This document shows, one piece after another, positions 1 to 9,885 of a stretch of DNA of 64,000 nt. The notes under the pieces were generated by a model, which was given only the letters and a program-made list of their open reading frames with translations, was not told the DNA's origin and did no database searches. The position numbers and the translations under genes are program-made. How positions within the stretch are numbered: the stretch's first letter is position 1; each line of letters opens with the position of its first letter. The stretch comes from Armatimonadota bacterium (GTDB taxonomy: Bacteria > Armatimonadota > UBA5829 > DSUL01): NCBI GenBank assembly GCA_039811685.1, contig JBDHZC010000008.1:32001-96000 (forward strand), in the 5' to 3' direction.

Positions 1-582
1 GTTGATGTCACGCGTGTCACTGAGATAACCCGCGCATTCAAACAGCGCCTGCAGCCGTCCACCCTGGTGGGCAGCGCGCTCATCGTAGGTGCGTCCCTTG
101 GCCAGATAGACTGAAGCAAGCCCGGCAAGACCGATAGCGCCAGCATGCCACGCGAGGGTGTACAGCGCGCTTCCACTGAAAGCCAAAGGCCCGGCAGCGT
201 ACATCATAGCCAGCACGTTCGCGACACTCACCAGACCGGTAGCAGTCAGTATCTGCCTGCCACTGCCTGAGCCGTACGCCGTAGAGATCAGAACGAAGAC
301 GTAGAGGAGATAGCTTTCCGACTCACCTGTGTGCGCCACAAGCACGCTGATCAAAGCCGTGTCGATCAGACGGCAGGTCCACGGCAACCAGCGGCCAGCG
401 ACAACGAAGAGATCCCGGCGCCTGGTGAGGTGCAGCACGCTCAAGTTGTAGGCGAGACAAAAACCAATGAGCCCTGCCGTGACGGGTGCGGACGGCCAGT
501 GGTCCACAAGCGCCGCGCCTACGAGAAACGTAAGCCAGCGCAGGTTTGCGACAAGGTGTTCTGCTCGGCGAGTAGCGTCCAC
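1..582 (-). CDS. Membrane-anchored sensor/signalling protein, N-terminal part (runs off the window edge; output domain not visible)
   Basis: Not in the ORF track; translated by hand. GTG at 582 with GGAGG RBS, open to base 1: VDATRRAEHLVANLRWLTFLVGAALV...YLLYVFVLISTAYG...RLQALFECAGYLSDTRDIN. About 5-6 hydrophobic segments, then a helix typical of a GAF-domain start. Confidence 0.7.
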   Translation of the reverse strand, partial: MDATRRAEHLVANLRWLTFLVGAALVDHWPSAPVTAGLIGFCLAYNLSVLHLTRRRDLFVVAGRWLPWTCRLIDTALISVLVAHTGESESYLLYVFVLISTAYGSGSGRQILTATGLVSVANVLAMMYAAGPLAFSGSALYTLAWHAGAIGLAGLASVYLAKGRTYDERAAHQGGRLQALFECAGYLSDTRDIN

Positions 583-626
583 GCGGGGTTTACCTCCGAA
601 AAATCATTCCACAAAAGCGCCCGGCA

Positions 627-1667
627 TCAGTAACCGGGTATGTGCAGCAGGCGAAAGTTAGCCGGGTTGAACTTTGCAGAGTCGTAGTCCGGCAACAGGG
701 ATCCCCAGCAGTAGATGGTGTCCCCGATAATCGGGCCTTTGAGCTGAGTGCTGGTCATCAGGTTTATAGATGCATTGTTGAGAAGCGCATGCGCATAGAG
801 AATACCTGTGAACTTGCTGCAGGTGTTCTGAAGAGTGGCCGTACCCGTAGTCAACAGCGCCAGCATTGAATCACCACCGGGATCGTAGTTCCCTGTTATG
901 TTGATACCGCTGACGGCCACAATAGTGCCCTTTCCACTCACGGTCCCCCCGGTGAGCGTCAGGGTTCCTCCGACGTAGATCACGTCACCATCGCTGGGAA
1001 AATTGATATTGGAGAATGTTTTGTTGACGAGGTAGACAGTTCTGGCCTGCAACATCAAACCAGCGGTGTCTATCAGCGGGAAGCTGAATCCGGAAGAGTT
1101 TCTGATCAACCCTCCGTTCACAGTTCCTGAAGAAACCCATATTGATCCCGTCGCATAGAGATCGCCGGAGAGGTTTGTGGCGCTGTTGTTGATGGTGATA
1201 TTCCCTGGAAGAAAGATGTCGGCCTGGTCGGTGGAAATGATGGGGACGGACACAGTGCCTGTGTAGGAATTAACCGCTACCGCGTTGTCAAATAGAGCGC
1301 GTGGTCTGCTGACGACTCTTGAGAGCGAAGCGCGCGCTCCCCTGTAGTTTACAGAGGCCACAATGCGGTCAGAAACAGCCAGATTTACGCTGTTGTCATA
1401 GACGGCGATGTCAATTGTGGCCCCGCCAAAGGTCAAGGACGTAGTGTAGGGGCGCGCGGTCACGTTGTTCCATTTGATAAGCCAGTAACCGTAGCGCACT
1501 CCTGTTTCCGCCAACAAGCGGACCCGTTCTGAAGTCTGTCGGCTTGATTCAACGCGGGAGCCGAAAGTCGCGACATCCATTGCCGCAACGCCGAGAATCA
1601 GGCCTGTCATCACAGCGACAAGGACGACAATATAGGCCGCGCCACGATTTTCCCGCAGATGCTTCAT
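627..1667 (-). CDS. PilX/GspK-like minor pilin with C-terminal beta-rich (solenoid-like) domain
   Basis: RENRG|AAYIVVLVAVM class III-like signal lacking Glu5, as in PilX/GspK; last of the minor pilins; overlaps the upstream gene by 4 nt. Confidence 0.7.
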   Translation of the reverse strand: MKHLRENRGAAYIVVLVAVMTGLILGVAAMDVATFGSRVESSRQTSERVRLLAETGVRYGYWLIKWNNVTARPYTTSLTFGGATIDIAVYDNSVNLAVSDRIVASVNYRGARASLSRVVSRPRALFDNAVAVNSYTGTVSVPIISTDQADIFLPGNITINNSATNLSGDLYATGSIWVSSGTVNGGLIRNSSGFSFPLIDTAGLMLQARTVYLVNKTFSNINFPSDGDVIYVGGTLTLTGGTVSGKGTIVAVSGINITGNYDPGGDSMLALLTTGTATLQNTCSKFTGILYAHALLNNASINLMTSTQLKGPIIGDTIYCWGSLLPDYDSAKFNPANFRLLHIPGY

Positions 1668-2329
1668 TCGTGATTGCGCACATACACCCGACGTGTAAAG
1701 CTCACTGGAGTCTTATTCCCGGCACGCGTTTCATCACTAGTCAGGGTCACCTTGTAGTACCACGCCGGCTCATCAGCTGCGGGAGGATCGAAGCGAAGCG
1801 ATGTGACAGGAGCCACCTGCCCCACAGTTGTCCCCGGATGCAGGCTCCGCGCGGCATCTGGGAACGTCTTGCTCGTATTCTTGATCGGGGTCAGGTTGTC
1901 TGCAGTTTCCACTGTTGAGGCAACCCAGAGAATGTTTCCGCTGACGGACAGGCTTCCAGTTGAGTCGGACAGATACCATACCTCACGCAAGCTGCTGGAT
2001 GTCGGCTTGTAAACAAGACTTCCTTTGCCTTTGGAGAGGGAATAGTCGCCTTCCGGAGTCTTGGCCGCTGGAAACGTGATAGCGACGCTGTCGCCTGTGG
2101 AAAATCGCGTGAAAACGAAAACGTGGCATCCGTTGCGAAGAGCTGAGCACAGGCGGCTTGCCGCTTCCCCAAGCGTCAATTCTGAGTCATTCTGAGTGGA
2201 TGTTCGCTCCCACAGAGTGGTAACCGCCCCAAATATGCCCAGAACCGCAACCATTACGACCGCCAGCATCACTACGGCCACGTTCATCTCGATAAGAGTC
2301 AGTCCGGCATCAGGATTGCGAGCTTTCAC
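1664..2329 (-). CDS. PilW/GspJ-like minor pilin
   Basis: DAG|LTLIEMNVAVVMLAVV prepilin N-terminus with Glu5; position in operon. Confidence 0.75.
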   Translation of the reverse strand: MKARNPDAGLTLIEMNVAVVMLAVVMVAVLGIFGAVTTLWERTSTQNDSELTLGEAASRLCSALRNGCHVFVFTRFSTGDSVAITFPAAKTPEGDYSLSKGKGSLVYKPTSSSLREVWYLSDSTGSLSVSGNILWVASTVETADNLTPIKNTSKTFPDAARSLHPGTTVGQVAPVTSLRFDPPAADEPAWYYKVTLTSDETRAGNKTPVSFTRRVYVRNHE

Positions 2330-2763
2330 AACTGCTCTCCAAGCTCGTCCACGATAAGGGTGTTGAACACAACAGCTCCGCCAGCGCGAGGACTGGCTCC
2401 GTTGCGGCCTTTAGCGTCTGAACTCCACGAGACTGTTACGCTTACGTTCTTCAAGTGGGTGGAAAACGCGTTGGGGTAGCTGGAAACCGAGACGACCATA
2501 GTCGATCCGGGAAGCTCCGAAGGCTTTGTGCTGGTTGCGCCGTTAGACAGAGCGGAAAACCCATCGGCTTTAATGCGATCTATTCGGTCCAGAGCAATCT
2601 GCTGAGCTATCTGCTCTGTGCTGGCCTGACCCTGGGCTTTGTTGGCGGCAATGTGGAGCGACACAACGGCAAGAGCGCCGAAAGCCAGAAAAACACTGGC
2701 GACCAGAAGCTCGACCAGTGTGAAACCCGATGACGTGTGCATGTCGCTACGCATATCATTCAC
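2326..2763 (-). CDS. PilV/GspI-like minor pilin (start may be 2742)
   Basis: SSG|FTLVELLVASVFLAFG motif; C-terminal LKNVSVTVSW strand typical of PilV-like proteins. Confidence 0.8.
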   Translation of the reverse strand: MNDMRSDMHTSSGFTLVELLVASVFLAFGALAVVSLHIAANKAQGQASTEQIAQQIALDRIDRIKADGFSALSNGATSTKPSELPGSTMVVSVSSYPNAFSTHLKNVSVTVSWSSDAKGRNGASPRAGGAVVFNTLIVDELGEQL

Positions 2764-2959
2764 TCATCCAACGCACGTCTCCGAAATCAGATGGAGCGCT
2801 TGTGGCCAAAGCGAAAAACCGGGAATGCTCAGGTCAGACGATCCTTAGGCAGCAGTCCCAAAAAGTAGCACCTGGTCGTGTCCATAGCGCGCGGTTTGGA
2901 GCTACTGCACAAGGTCGCCTGTTGCACGCAGAAGAGGGCAACAAATGGGGCGCGGCAAG

Positions 2960-3004
2960 TTGTCTGCCCGGGAAGCTGGAGAACTTCCGCTTCCCGGGCA
3001 ACAA
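2960..3004 (-). terminator. Strong hairpin just downstream of the major pilin gene (terminator or mRNA-stabilising stem)
   Basis: Perfect 12-bp inverted repeat TGCCCGGGAAGC (2965-2976) / GCTTCCCGGGCA (2989-3000), extendable by TTGT/ACAA; no clear U-tract. Confidence 0.6.
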
Positions 3005-3026
3005 GTCTGACCGGCCGATCTATGAG

Positions 3027-3464
3027 CTAATAGCTGGAGAAGGCGACGCTGGCTGAGTCGTTTCCGGTCGCCGAGCTCTTGACAGTGCCGACACCCGGGC
3101 TGGTCGCAGTATAGCTGAACGCAGAACCAGAAATCGGATCAGTGGGCAGACTTTCAATGTACGGTCCACGCCAGTCGGCGGCTGTGATGCTCTGGGCAGT
3201 GCCAGCGCTGTCGAGGCCCTGAGAGGGCGCCGTGGTCGCTGAGAGATCGCTGAGCAGTTTCGGATAGTAACCCGTATCGTTCTTGTAGAGCTGCACAGCG
3301 TTGCGAATCATCTTCAGGTCCGCTTTCAACGCGGATTCTTTGCTGCGCTGGCTGGAGTTTGCAAACTTGGGCAGCACGACAGCGGCCAGAACCGCAAGCA
3401 CAACTACCACAACGAGCAACTCAATAAGGGTAAAACCCTTCCTGTTCATCCTTGACATAAGCAT
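3027..3464 (-). CDS. Major (pseudo)pilin, GspG-like
   Basis: [35 protein letters not shown] and WRGPYIESLPTDP are GspG-type motifs; GAGG RBS before ATG 3464. Confidence 0.9.
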   Translation of the reverse strand: MLMSRMNRKGFTLIELLVVVVVLAVLAAVVLPKFANSSQRSKESALKADLKMIRNAVQLYKNDTGYYPKLLSDLSATTAPSQGLDSAGTAQSITAADWRGPYIESLPTDPISGSAFSYTATSPGVGTVKSSATGNDSASVAFSSY

Positions 3465-3517
3465 GTCTGCTTCTTTCCTCCGTGGGCGCATTTCGGATTG
3501 GACCAGAATCGGCCGGT

Positions 3518-4732
3518 TCAGTGGACGCCGCCCACCAGACTGTATATAGGGACTATTATTGACAGAGCGATAAATCCAACGAAAGCCCCAAGGACTACGA
3601 TCAGGATTGGCTCTATGATGGAGGTGAGACTTCGCAGCTTTGCGTCGATATCCTTCGAGTAGTACTCGCAGGCATAGCCGAGCATCGCCGGAAGCTCCCC
3701 CGACTTTTCCCCGGCGGCCACCATCTGGAGGACCAGCGCAGGGAAAACCTGACTTCGCCGTAGCGAATTCGTGATACTTGCGCCTGAAGAAACGTCAGCC
3801 TGCGCCTGCTTCAGTGCGTTAGCAACAACTTCATTATTGGCAGCAGCGGCCGCAGTCTCGAGAGCAGACATCATCGGGACGCCTGCAGTCAAGAGCGTAC
3901 CGAGCGTGGTCATAGTGCGAGTGATGATAATCTTGGCAACGAGATCCCCCAGAATCGGCAGCTTCAGGACTAGCCGATCGCTGAGACTGCGCCCCTGTGG
4001 ACTGCGCAGGGCGCGGCGGACAGATATCACACAACTGGCAATGCCCAGCAGCCAGAAATACCAGTAGTGCAGCGTTGACTGGCTCATCGCCATCAACATC
4101 CGCGTTGTAAGTGGCAACTCGACCTTCATCTCCTTGAACAAAATCAGGAAGCGCGGCAGAATGAAGGTCATCATGGCGACAAGAGTCAAGAGCGCTATGA
4201 CAACAACGACCATCGGGTAGGTGCTGGCAGCTTTGACTTTGCGCTGGATGTCCGCCGAGGATTCCAGATGCTCCGCCAGGCGCTCGAGGGCTTCGTGAAG
4301 AGTTCCGCCGGCCTCCGCGACGGCAATCATATCGGATGCCAGTTTCGGAAATACTGCCGGATGGCGGTTGACGGCTTCACTGAACGTAGCGCCCCCCAGC
4401 AGGTCCTGGTAAATGACGTCGAGAGTATCCTGCAGCGCCTTGTGCTTGACCTGAGCTGTCAGGCCGGAGATCGCTTCCGTCAGCGACACGCCAGCCCGAA
4501 TGAGAATAGCCATCTGCCGAAAGACGACCGCCTGCTGCTCAATGGGCACACCCGCCGAACCCACAGGACGCTCTTTGCTCGGAGTCGCCCCTCCGGAGAC
4601 CAGCTTGAGCTGCACCACCTGGGAACCGCGACTGCGCAGAGACGCGCGCGCCTGCTCTTCCGAGGCGGCTTCGATCCGGTCGGCTTTCATCGTCCCGGTT
4701 GCATCCAACAGTTTGTAGGCGTAGAGTGGCAT
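3518..4732 (-). CDS. pilC: Inner-membrane platform protein, PilC/GspF family
   Basis: FRQMAILIRAGV, AEAGGTL, AASTYP, GEKSGEL and IEPILIV motifs; two GspF repeats. Confidence 0.95.
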   Translation of the reverse strand: MPLYAYKLLDATGTMKADRIEAASEEQARASLRSRGSQVVQLKLVSGGATPSKERPVGSAGVPIEQQAVVFRQMAILIRAGVSLTEAISGLTAQVKHKALQDTLDVIYQDLLGGATFSEAVNRHPAVFPKLASDMIAVAEAGGTLHEALERLAEHLESSADIQRKVKAASTYPMVVVVIALLTLVAMMTFILPRFLILFKEMKVELPLTTRMLMAMSQSTLHYWYFWLLGIASCVISVRRALRSPQGRSLSDRLVLKLPILGDLVAKIIITRTMTTLGTLLTAGVPMMSALETAAAAANNEVVANALKQAQADVSSGASITNSLRRSQVFPALVLQMVAAGEKSGELPAMLGYACEYYSKDIDAKLRSLTSIIEPILIVVLGAFVGFIALSIIVPIYSLVGGVH

Positions 4733-4779
4733 CAGTTGGTCAGTTTGCCAGTCCTTCGTGCGTCAGTGCAGGTACACCC

Positions 4780-6486
4780 CTAGTCGGAGGTCACGCGCAC
4801 CACTTCTTCGATAGTTGTCAGCCCTTCGAGCGCTTTGTGCAAAGCGTCCTCGCGCAGAGTCTGCATCCCTTTTTCAACCGCGATTGCCCGGATGTCGGCG
4901 GAGGGCCTGCGCGCGACAACGGCTGTGCGGATATCATCATCCGTCTTGAGAAGCTCGTAGACGCCAATGCGGCCGCGATAGCCGGTGCCGGCGCACTGCT
5001 CACATCCCGCACCGCGCTTGAGCACGGCCATCTGCTCACGCGTCAGATTCAGCCCGAGACGGCTCAGCAACTCTTCGCCAGGCGCGTACGGGCACATGCA
5101 TTTGTTGCAGATGGTGCGAACAAGGCGCTGCGCCATGACGCCAAGCACCGATGAGGCCACCAAGAAAGGCTCAATGTCCATGTCAACAAGGCGCGTCAAC
5201 GCGCCAGTGGAATCGTTGGCGTGGATGGTGCTGAGCACCAGGTGGCCGGTCAGCGCCGCCTCTACGGCAATCTCCGCCGTCTCTGCGTCGCGAATCTCGC
5301 CCACAAGAATCACATCCGGGTCCTGGCGCACGATTGTGCGCAACCCCACGGAGAAGGTCAGTCCGGCTTTGCGGTTGACGTTTGCCTGGATCACACCGGG
5401 AAGCTGATACTCAACAGGATCTTCGATGGTCAGAATGTTGCGCTCCACAGAGTTAATCGAGTTCAGAGCCGCATAAAGAGTGGTGGTCTTTCCTGAGCCG
5501 GTAGGACCACACGTAAGGATCATTCCATACGGAGCCAGAGTCAGGCGCGAGAACTGATCTTCAACGGCCGGGAGCAAACCCAGCTTGCTGAAGTTGATGC
5601 GGGCGGCGCTTTTTTCCAGAACGCGAATTACCACGTTCTCGCCGTAGACAGCAGGGTACGTGCTGATGCGGAAGTCGTACTGCTGCCCCGGCGCCATCAG
5701 CGTGAGGCGGCCATCCTGCGGAGTGCGGCGCTCAGCAATGTCCATGTTGGCCATGACCTTAATGCGCGAGATGACCGCAGACTGAAGGTCTTTGGGGATC
5801 ACCATCGTTTCATGCAGGATGCCGTCCACCCTCAAACGCACACGCACGCGCCCCGCTTCTGGCTCTACATGAATGTCACTTGCGCGCGACGAGATAGCCC
5901 GCGAGATGAGGGCATTCACGAGCCGCACAACGGGAGCGCCTTCAGCCAGCTCCTTGATATCAATGCCCTGATCCGCTTCAGCTTCGTCTTCTTCCGTGAG
6001 CTTCACGTCGGTGTCAACGTCGCGGATGGCCTCGCCAATGATGTCGCTGACGTCATCCGCCGCCCCGAAGCAGCGGAAGATGGCCTCCATAATGTCCTCT
6101 TCAACCGCTATGACCGGGATGGGTTCAAGAGCTGTGGAGATGGCGATTTCGTCAACAGCAGCTACATCCAGCGGGTTGGCCATGGCCACTGTAATAGTGC
6201 CGGCGCGCTGTTCGATCGGAATGGCTTTGTATCGCAAAGCGACGCTGTGAGAGATCAGCCGCGCAATGGCCGGATCAAGGTCGCGATCGGCGATATCGAC
6301 AAATTGAACGTTATTCTGCAGTGCAAGACAGCGCACGCGGTCCGCCTCACTGATCAGACCTCTGCGAACGAGGTAGCGCCCAATGTCCTCACCGGCGTCG
6401 GTACGCCCGGCCAGGGCCGAATCGAGTTGGTCGTGCGAAAGCAGCCCTTCGCGAACAATAACAGAGCTGAAAGTTGCGTTGGCCAC
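4780..6486 (-). CDS. pilB: Pilus assembly ATPase PilB/GspE with degenerate MshEN N-domain
   Basis: ASDIHVEP, Walker A GPTGSGKTTT, TIEDPVE, RQDPDVILVGEIRD, TGHLVLSTIHAN, tetra-Cys motif. Confidence 0.95.
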   Translation of the reverse strand: MANATFSSVIVREGLLSHDQLDSALAGRTDAGEDIGRYLVRRGLISEADRVRCLALQNNVQFVDIADRDLDPAIARLISHSVALRYKAIPIEQRAGTITVAMANPLDVAAVDEIAISTALEPIPVIAVEEDIMEAIFRCFGAADDVSDIIGEAIRDVDTDVKLTEEDEAEADQGIDIKELAEGAPVVRLVNALISRAISSRASDIHVEPEAGRVRVRLRVDGILHETMVIPKDLQSAVISRIKVMANMDIAERRTPQDGRLTLMAPGQQYDFRISTYPAVYGENVVIRVLEKSAARINFSKLGLLPAVEDQFSRLTLAPYGMILTCGPTGSGKTTTLYAALNSINSVERNILTIEDPVEYQLPGVIQANVNRKAGLTFSVGLRTIVRQDPDVILVGEIRDAETAEIAVEAALTGHLVLSTIHANDSTGALTRLVDMDIEPFLVASSVLGVMAQRLVRTICNKCMCPYAPGEELLSRLGLNLTREQMAVLKRGAGCEQCAGTGYRGRIGVYELLKTDDDIRTAVVARRPSADIRAIAVEKGMQTLREDALHKALEGLTTIEEVVRVTSD

Positions 6487-6492
6487 CTGGTC

Positions 6493-8583
6493 CTAACCCT
6501 CTTTGTCTGGTATCGCCTCTGCGTTGGTCAGCACAGCACCGTGGTCGATCTGCTCGCCCTTGATGATCTTCGGTGTCAGGAAGATGACAATCTCAGACCT
6601 GTTCCTGGTCTTCTCGCGGTGCCGGAAAAGACTCTTGATAATCGGCAGGTCTCCCAACAGCGGAACTTTGATGAGAGTGTTGATTTCGTCGTCCCGGATA
6701 AGGCCTCCGATGGCAAACTGCTCTCCTTCCTTGAGGCGCACTGTTGTTTTGGCTTCACGGGTTGAAATCTGAGGGTACTGGCTGCCCTGAATGTTGAGGA
6801 AGCCTTTCACGACACTGACCTGCGGGTACACGGTCATCGTGATGTAGCCGTCTTCCGTGATCATAGGGGCTACCTGCAGATAGATGCCGACCTTCTCTTC
6901 TTCCTTGTCGTAAATCGGCGTGTTGAGGGAGCTGTAACCAATGACTTTGGGGTAGATGATGCGATCGCCAATGAGAATGCTTCCGTGCGCACCGTCCACT
7001 ACCGCCAGCGACGGCCTGGCCAACAGCTTCGCCTGCCCTTCCTTGTTCATTGCCTCAAGAATGCCTTCGAAGTTCAGACCATTGCGCGTAAATCGGCCAA
7101 ATCGCATATGTGCATCAGGAGTTTCCTTGATCTGGAGACTGTTCCAGGACCAGCTCAATCCAAGCTGACGCGAGGCTTCGTCGCTTATCTCTGTAACCAA
7201 AGCTTCAATCACTACCTGGGAGCGGCGTACGTCAAGCTGTCGCAGAAGCTCCATCGCCTCCTTGAGCGCAGTTCTGGGCCCGCGCATAATCACAGTTCCG
7301 GGCTGCAGAGAGTTCGCTGAGCTCTGAGTGTCTGAAGCTGTGGCAAGCTGTGCGCCGTCGACGGAAGCCGCGGAGGCATCCAGCAGCGGGCTGGTGTAGG
7401 TGGGCCCGGATGCAATGTTGAGAGACGGGAAGAGCTTCGTAAGAGTGGCTACCAACTCGGTTGCGTTGTTGTAACGGCACCGCCAGATTGCCAGGTCGCT
7501 GTCTTTGTCCGAAGCCGCCTGATTCGCCTCGTGGTCAACCTGCGGCGGCTCAACTTTGCTGATGACAAATGCGCCGTTCTCGCGCTTCAGATCAAGCCCG
7601 TTTGATGCCGTGATCTGAGAGAGAATCTCTTCAAGATTGCTTCCTGACAGGCGCGCTGTAATCTGCGCTTTGGCGTCCTGCGCAACGACGATGTTCTCAC
7701 CCCACTGCGAAGCCAGCGTGCGCGCCACAACGCCAATGTCTGTGTCGTACACGTCCAGTTCTGGAGTTTCAGAATGGGAAGCGCGCGCTTCCAGAGAAGC
7801 GAGCGCTTTTACAGGAGCGCGCGCTTGTACAGAAGAGGCCGCTTCTTTGCGAGAAGGTGCTCTGGCGATAGGTGACTGTGGATGCGGTCGAGCCTGTGCC
7901 GTCGAGTGGGCAGGTTGCGTGAGATCAGGCGTGGCAGATTCATTCGGGCTGGCGTAGTTCTGATTGGAGAGTGCCTCGCCAGCAAGGCGCTTTGCGGCGA
8001 GATTGAGCAACGGAGGCTCTGAGACTGAAACATCGGCGTTCCCGATCTGCTCCACGGATCCCAGAACTTTCTGTGTGACCGCGCCTTTCGTTGGAGGAGT
8101 CTCCAAAAGAAGCGTGTCCAAGGGCGTTGTGGCTCTGGACCGGAGGTCGCCGCGTGGGTCCGTCCAGGCTGTAAGCTTGATGACCCGAGTACCCTGCCCG
8201 GCGAGAGAGTACGAGATTGTCTCTGGCTGCGTCGACGATAGTCTTACTTGTGAGATCGCAGGCATCAGAGTGGATTGTCCCGCTTCAAGCTGCCAGCGGT
8301 CCTCGTCCGAGATAAACGGTGTAAGTGCTGAGGCTTTGTATACCGCACCGATGCTCAGAATGACGCTGTGTGTCGCAATGTCCTCTGTACAATGAGCCTG
8401 AACAGGCGCATCCGCAGTAAGCGTGAGCTCAAGAAATCCCGCAGACTCCTTCACAGAAACATCTGTCACAGCCGACACACTGCCGCCCGGAGTTTCCGAG
8501 TTTGCCATCGCTATTGCTTGAAGCCCGGCGACCAGCGCCACGCTGGAGATCCGTATGATTTTTCTGAGTTTCGTCAATGACAT
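6493..8583 (-). CDS. Secretin, PilQ/GspD family
   Basis: STN-like region, QVVIEALVTE, LLARPSL, IGGLI and KVPLLGDLPIIKSLFR...EIVIFLTPKII secretin C-terminus; GAGG RBS before ATG 8583. Confidence 0.92.
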   Translation of the reverse strand: MSLTKLRKIIRISSVALVAGLQAIAMANSETPGGSVSAVTDVSVKESAGFLELTLTADAPVQAHCTEDIATHSVILSIGAVYKASALTPFISDEDRWQLEAGQSTLMPAISQVRLSSTQPETISYSLAGQGTRVIKLTAWTDPRGDLRSRATTPLDTLLLETPPTKGAVTQKVLGSVEQIGNADVSVSEPPLLNLAAKRLAGEALSNQNYASPNESATPDLTQPAHSTAQARPHPQSPIARAPSRKEAASSVQARAPVKALASLEARASHSETPELDVYDTDIGVVARTLASQWGENIVVAQDAKAQITARLSGSNLEEILSQITASNGLDLKRENGAFVISKVEPPQVDHEANQAASDKDSDLAIWRCRYNNATELVATLTKLFPSLNIASGPTYTSPLLDASAASVDGAQLATASDTQSSANSLQPGTVIMRGPRTALKEAMELLRQLDVRRSQVVIEALVTEISDEASRQLGLSWSWNSLQIKETPDAHMRFGRFTRNGLNFEGILEAMNKEGQAKLLARPSLAVVDGAHGSILIGDRIIYPKVIGYSSLNTPIYDKEEEKVGIYLQVAPMITEDGYITMTVYPQVSVVKGFLNIQGSQYPQISTREAKTTVRLKEGEQFAIGGLIRDDEINTLIKVPLLGDLPIIKSLFRHREKTRNRSEIVIFLTPKIIKGEQIDHGAVLTNAEAIPDKEG

Positions 8584-8593
8584 AATCCTCAAC

Positions 8594-9298
8594 TCACTCT
8601 GACGCAACCGTCACTCGGGGAAGGGTCAGGGTCAACAGCCCGCCCGGCCCGTTGAGCACAACCTGTCCCTGGCTGATGTGAACTACCCGGTACTCACTGT
8701 CCAGAGCCTGTCCCTCGCTGACTGTCAGGCTTTGCCCGTCGCCTCCCTCTTTGATTACTGCCACTTTTCCGCGCGGACCGGAGATGATGGCTCCGAGATG
8801 GTAGTCTGGCGGAGAGTTTCGTTCGGGACTGCCGTCAGAGGAGTGTCCGGCGACAGAGACTGAACCCTGCGCTCCAGGGCGCTGAATACTCAGCCCCGAT
8901 GAAAACGGAAACGTGACGGGGCGAAGCGGTGGCCGGACTGTATGCCGCGGGTCTGAGGCCGGCAGAGTAAGAGAACCCGGCAAAGCGGCAGACTCCGATG
9001 CGCTGGCTTGTGGTTGGCCACTTGAAACACTTTTCTGAAGCAGCCCAGAGGGTGGTATATCAAACGGGTTGCGACCGGCCGGCCTTCCTGCGACTACTGA
9101 GTAGGGTTGCACCACCGTTTGAGGCGAGGCAACAGGTCTGGAAGCATTGTCCCGCGCTGTCGGCTGCAGAGGTCTGTGGCTATCGGATGCGGCGCGAAAG
9201 CGCACGACGGTCACGGTGACGGCGACTATCAGAACCGCAATGAGGGGAAGAGCCAGTTTTTGCTGCGCGGGGTCGGAGGAGAGCTTCATGGCTTTCAT
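8594..9298 (-). CDS. PilP/GspC-like single-TM accessory protein
   Basis: One N-terminal TM, GRNPF motif, Pro/Ser linker, C-terminal LGAIISG..KVAVI..VSEGQ..YRVVHI beta domain; lies between pilO and the secretin. Confidence 0.6.
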   Translation of the reverse strand: MKAMKLSSDPAQQKLALPLIAVLIVAVTVTVVRFRAASDSHRPLQPTARDNASRPVASPQTVVQPYSVVAGRPAGRNPFDIPPSGLLQKSVSSGQPQASASESAALPGSLTLPASDPRHTVRPPLRPVTFPFSSGLSIQRPGAQGSVSVAGHSSDGSPERNSPPDYHLGAIISGPRGKVAVIKEGGDGQSLTVSEGQALDSEYRVVHISQGQVVLNGPGGLLTLTLPRVTVASE

Positions 9299-9885
9299 TT
9301 CTTCCTCACCCGATAGAAACTCAACGCCACATCAACTGTCACGGAACTGGCGTTGCGGCCCACCCTCGAAGGCGAAAGGGTGACCGTCTCCACTTTGACC
9401 GGCATGTTTCCTGTGGCCACAGAGCGCAGCCAGTCCATAAGCGGGCGATATGGCCCTTTTGCCCGGACAAGGACTTTTTGCCCCGTCGCTACGAAGCCTT
9501 CACCAGGGCTCTGATCGTCCGGGAGATCGATTTCGCTATCATCTGGTGAGAAACTCAGCAGGCTCACTCCAAGAGCTCTGGCCGAGCGTTCGAGTTCTGC
9601 GGCTACAGCCGCGACAGTCTGCGCCCGCGAGCCGCCAGATCGAACCGGACTGCTTCTGATATCAGCGAGATCACGTTCCAGCCCACCCTGCTCCGAGCGG
9701 GCCTCTTGCAGGGCGTGCGAGACGGACAGGACGCTCATTCCCTGCATGCCCAGCCGGGCCAGCAAGCCGCCAAAAAGAGCGACGCTGAGCACGCCGAAAA
9801 TCCACAGACTCCACGTCGCTATTTGTACAACGCGCAGTGTGTAGTGGCGTGAGCTGACAAAACGCTCCAGAGACAGGCTCGTCAT
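9295..9885 (-). CDS. PilO/GspM-like protein
   Basis: TM plus coiled coil plus ferredoxin-like C-terminus (GPYRPLMDWL); position after pilN. Confidence 0.65.
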   Translation of the reverse strand: MTSLSLERFVSSRHYTLRVVQIATWSLWIFGVLSVALFGGLLARLGMQGMSVLSVSHALQEARSEQGGLERDLADIRSSPVRSGGSRAQTVAAVAAELERSARALGVSLLSFSPDDSEIDLPDDQSPGEGFVATGQKVLVRAKGPYRPLMDWLRSVATGNMPVKVETVTLSPSRVGRNASSVTVDVALSFYRVRKK

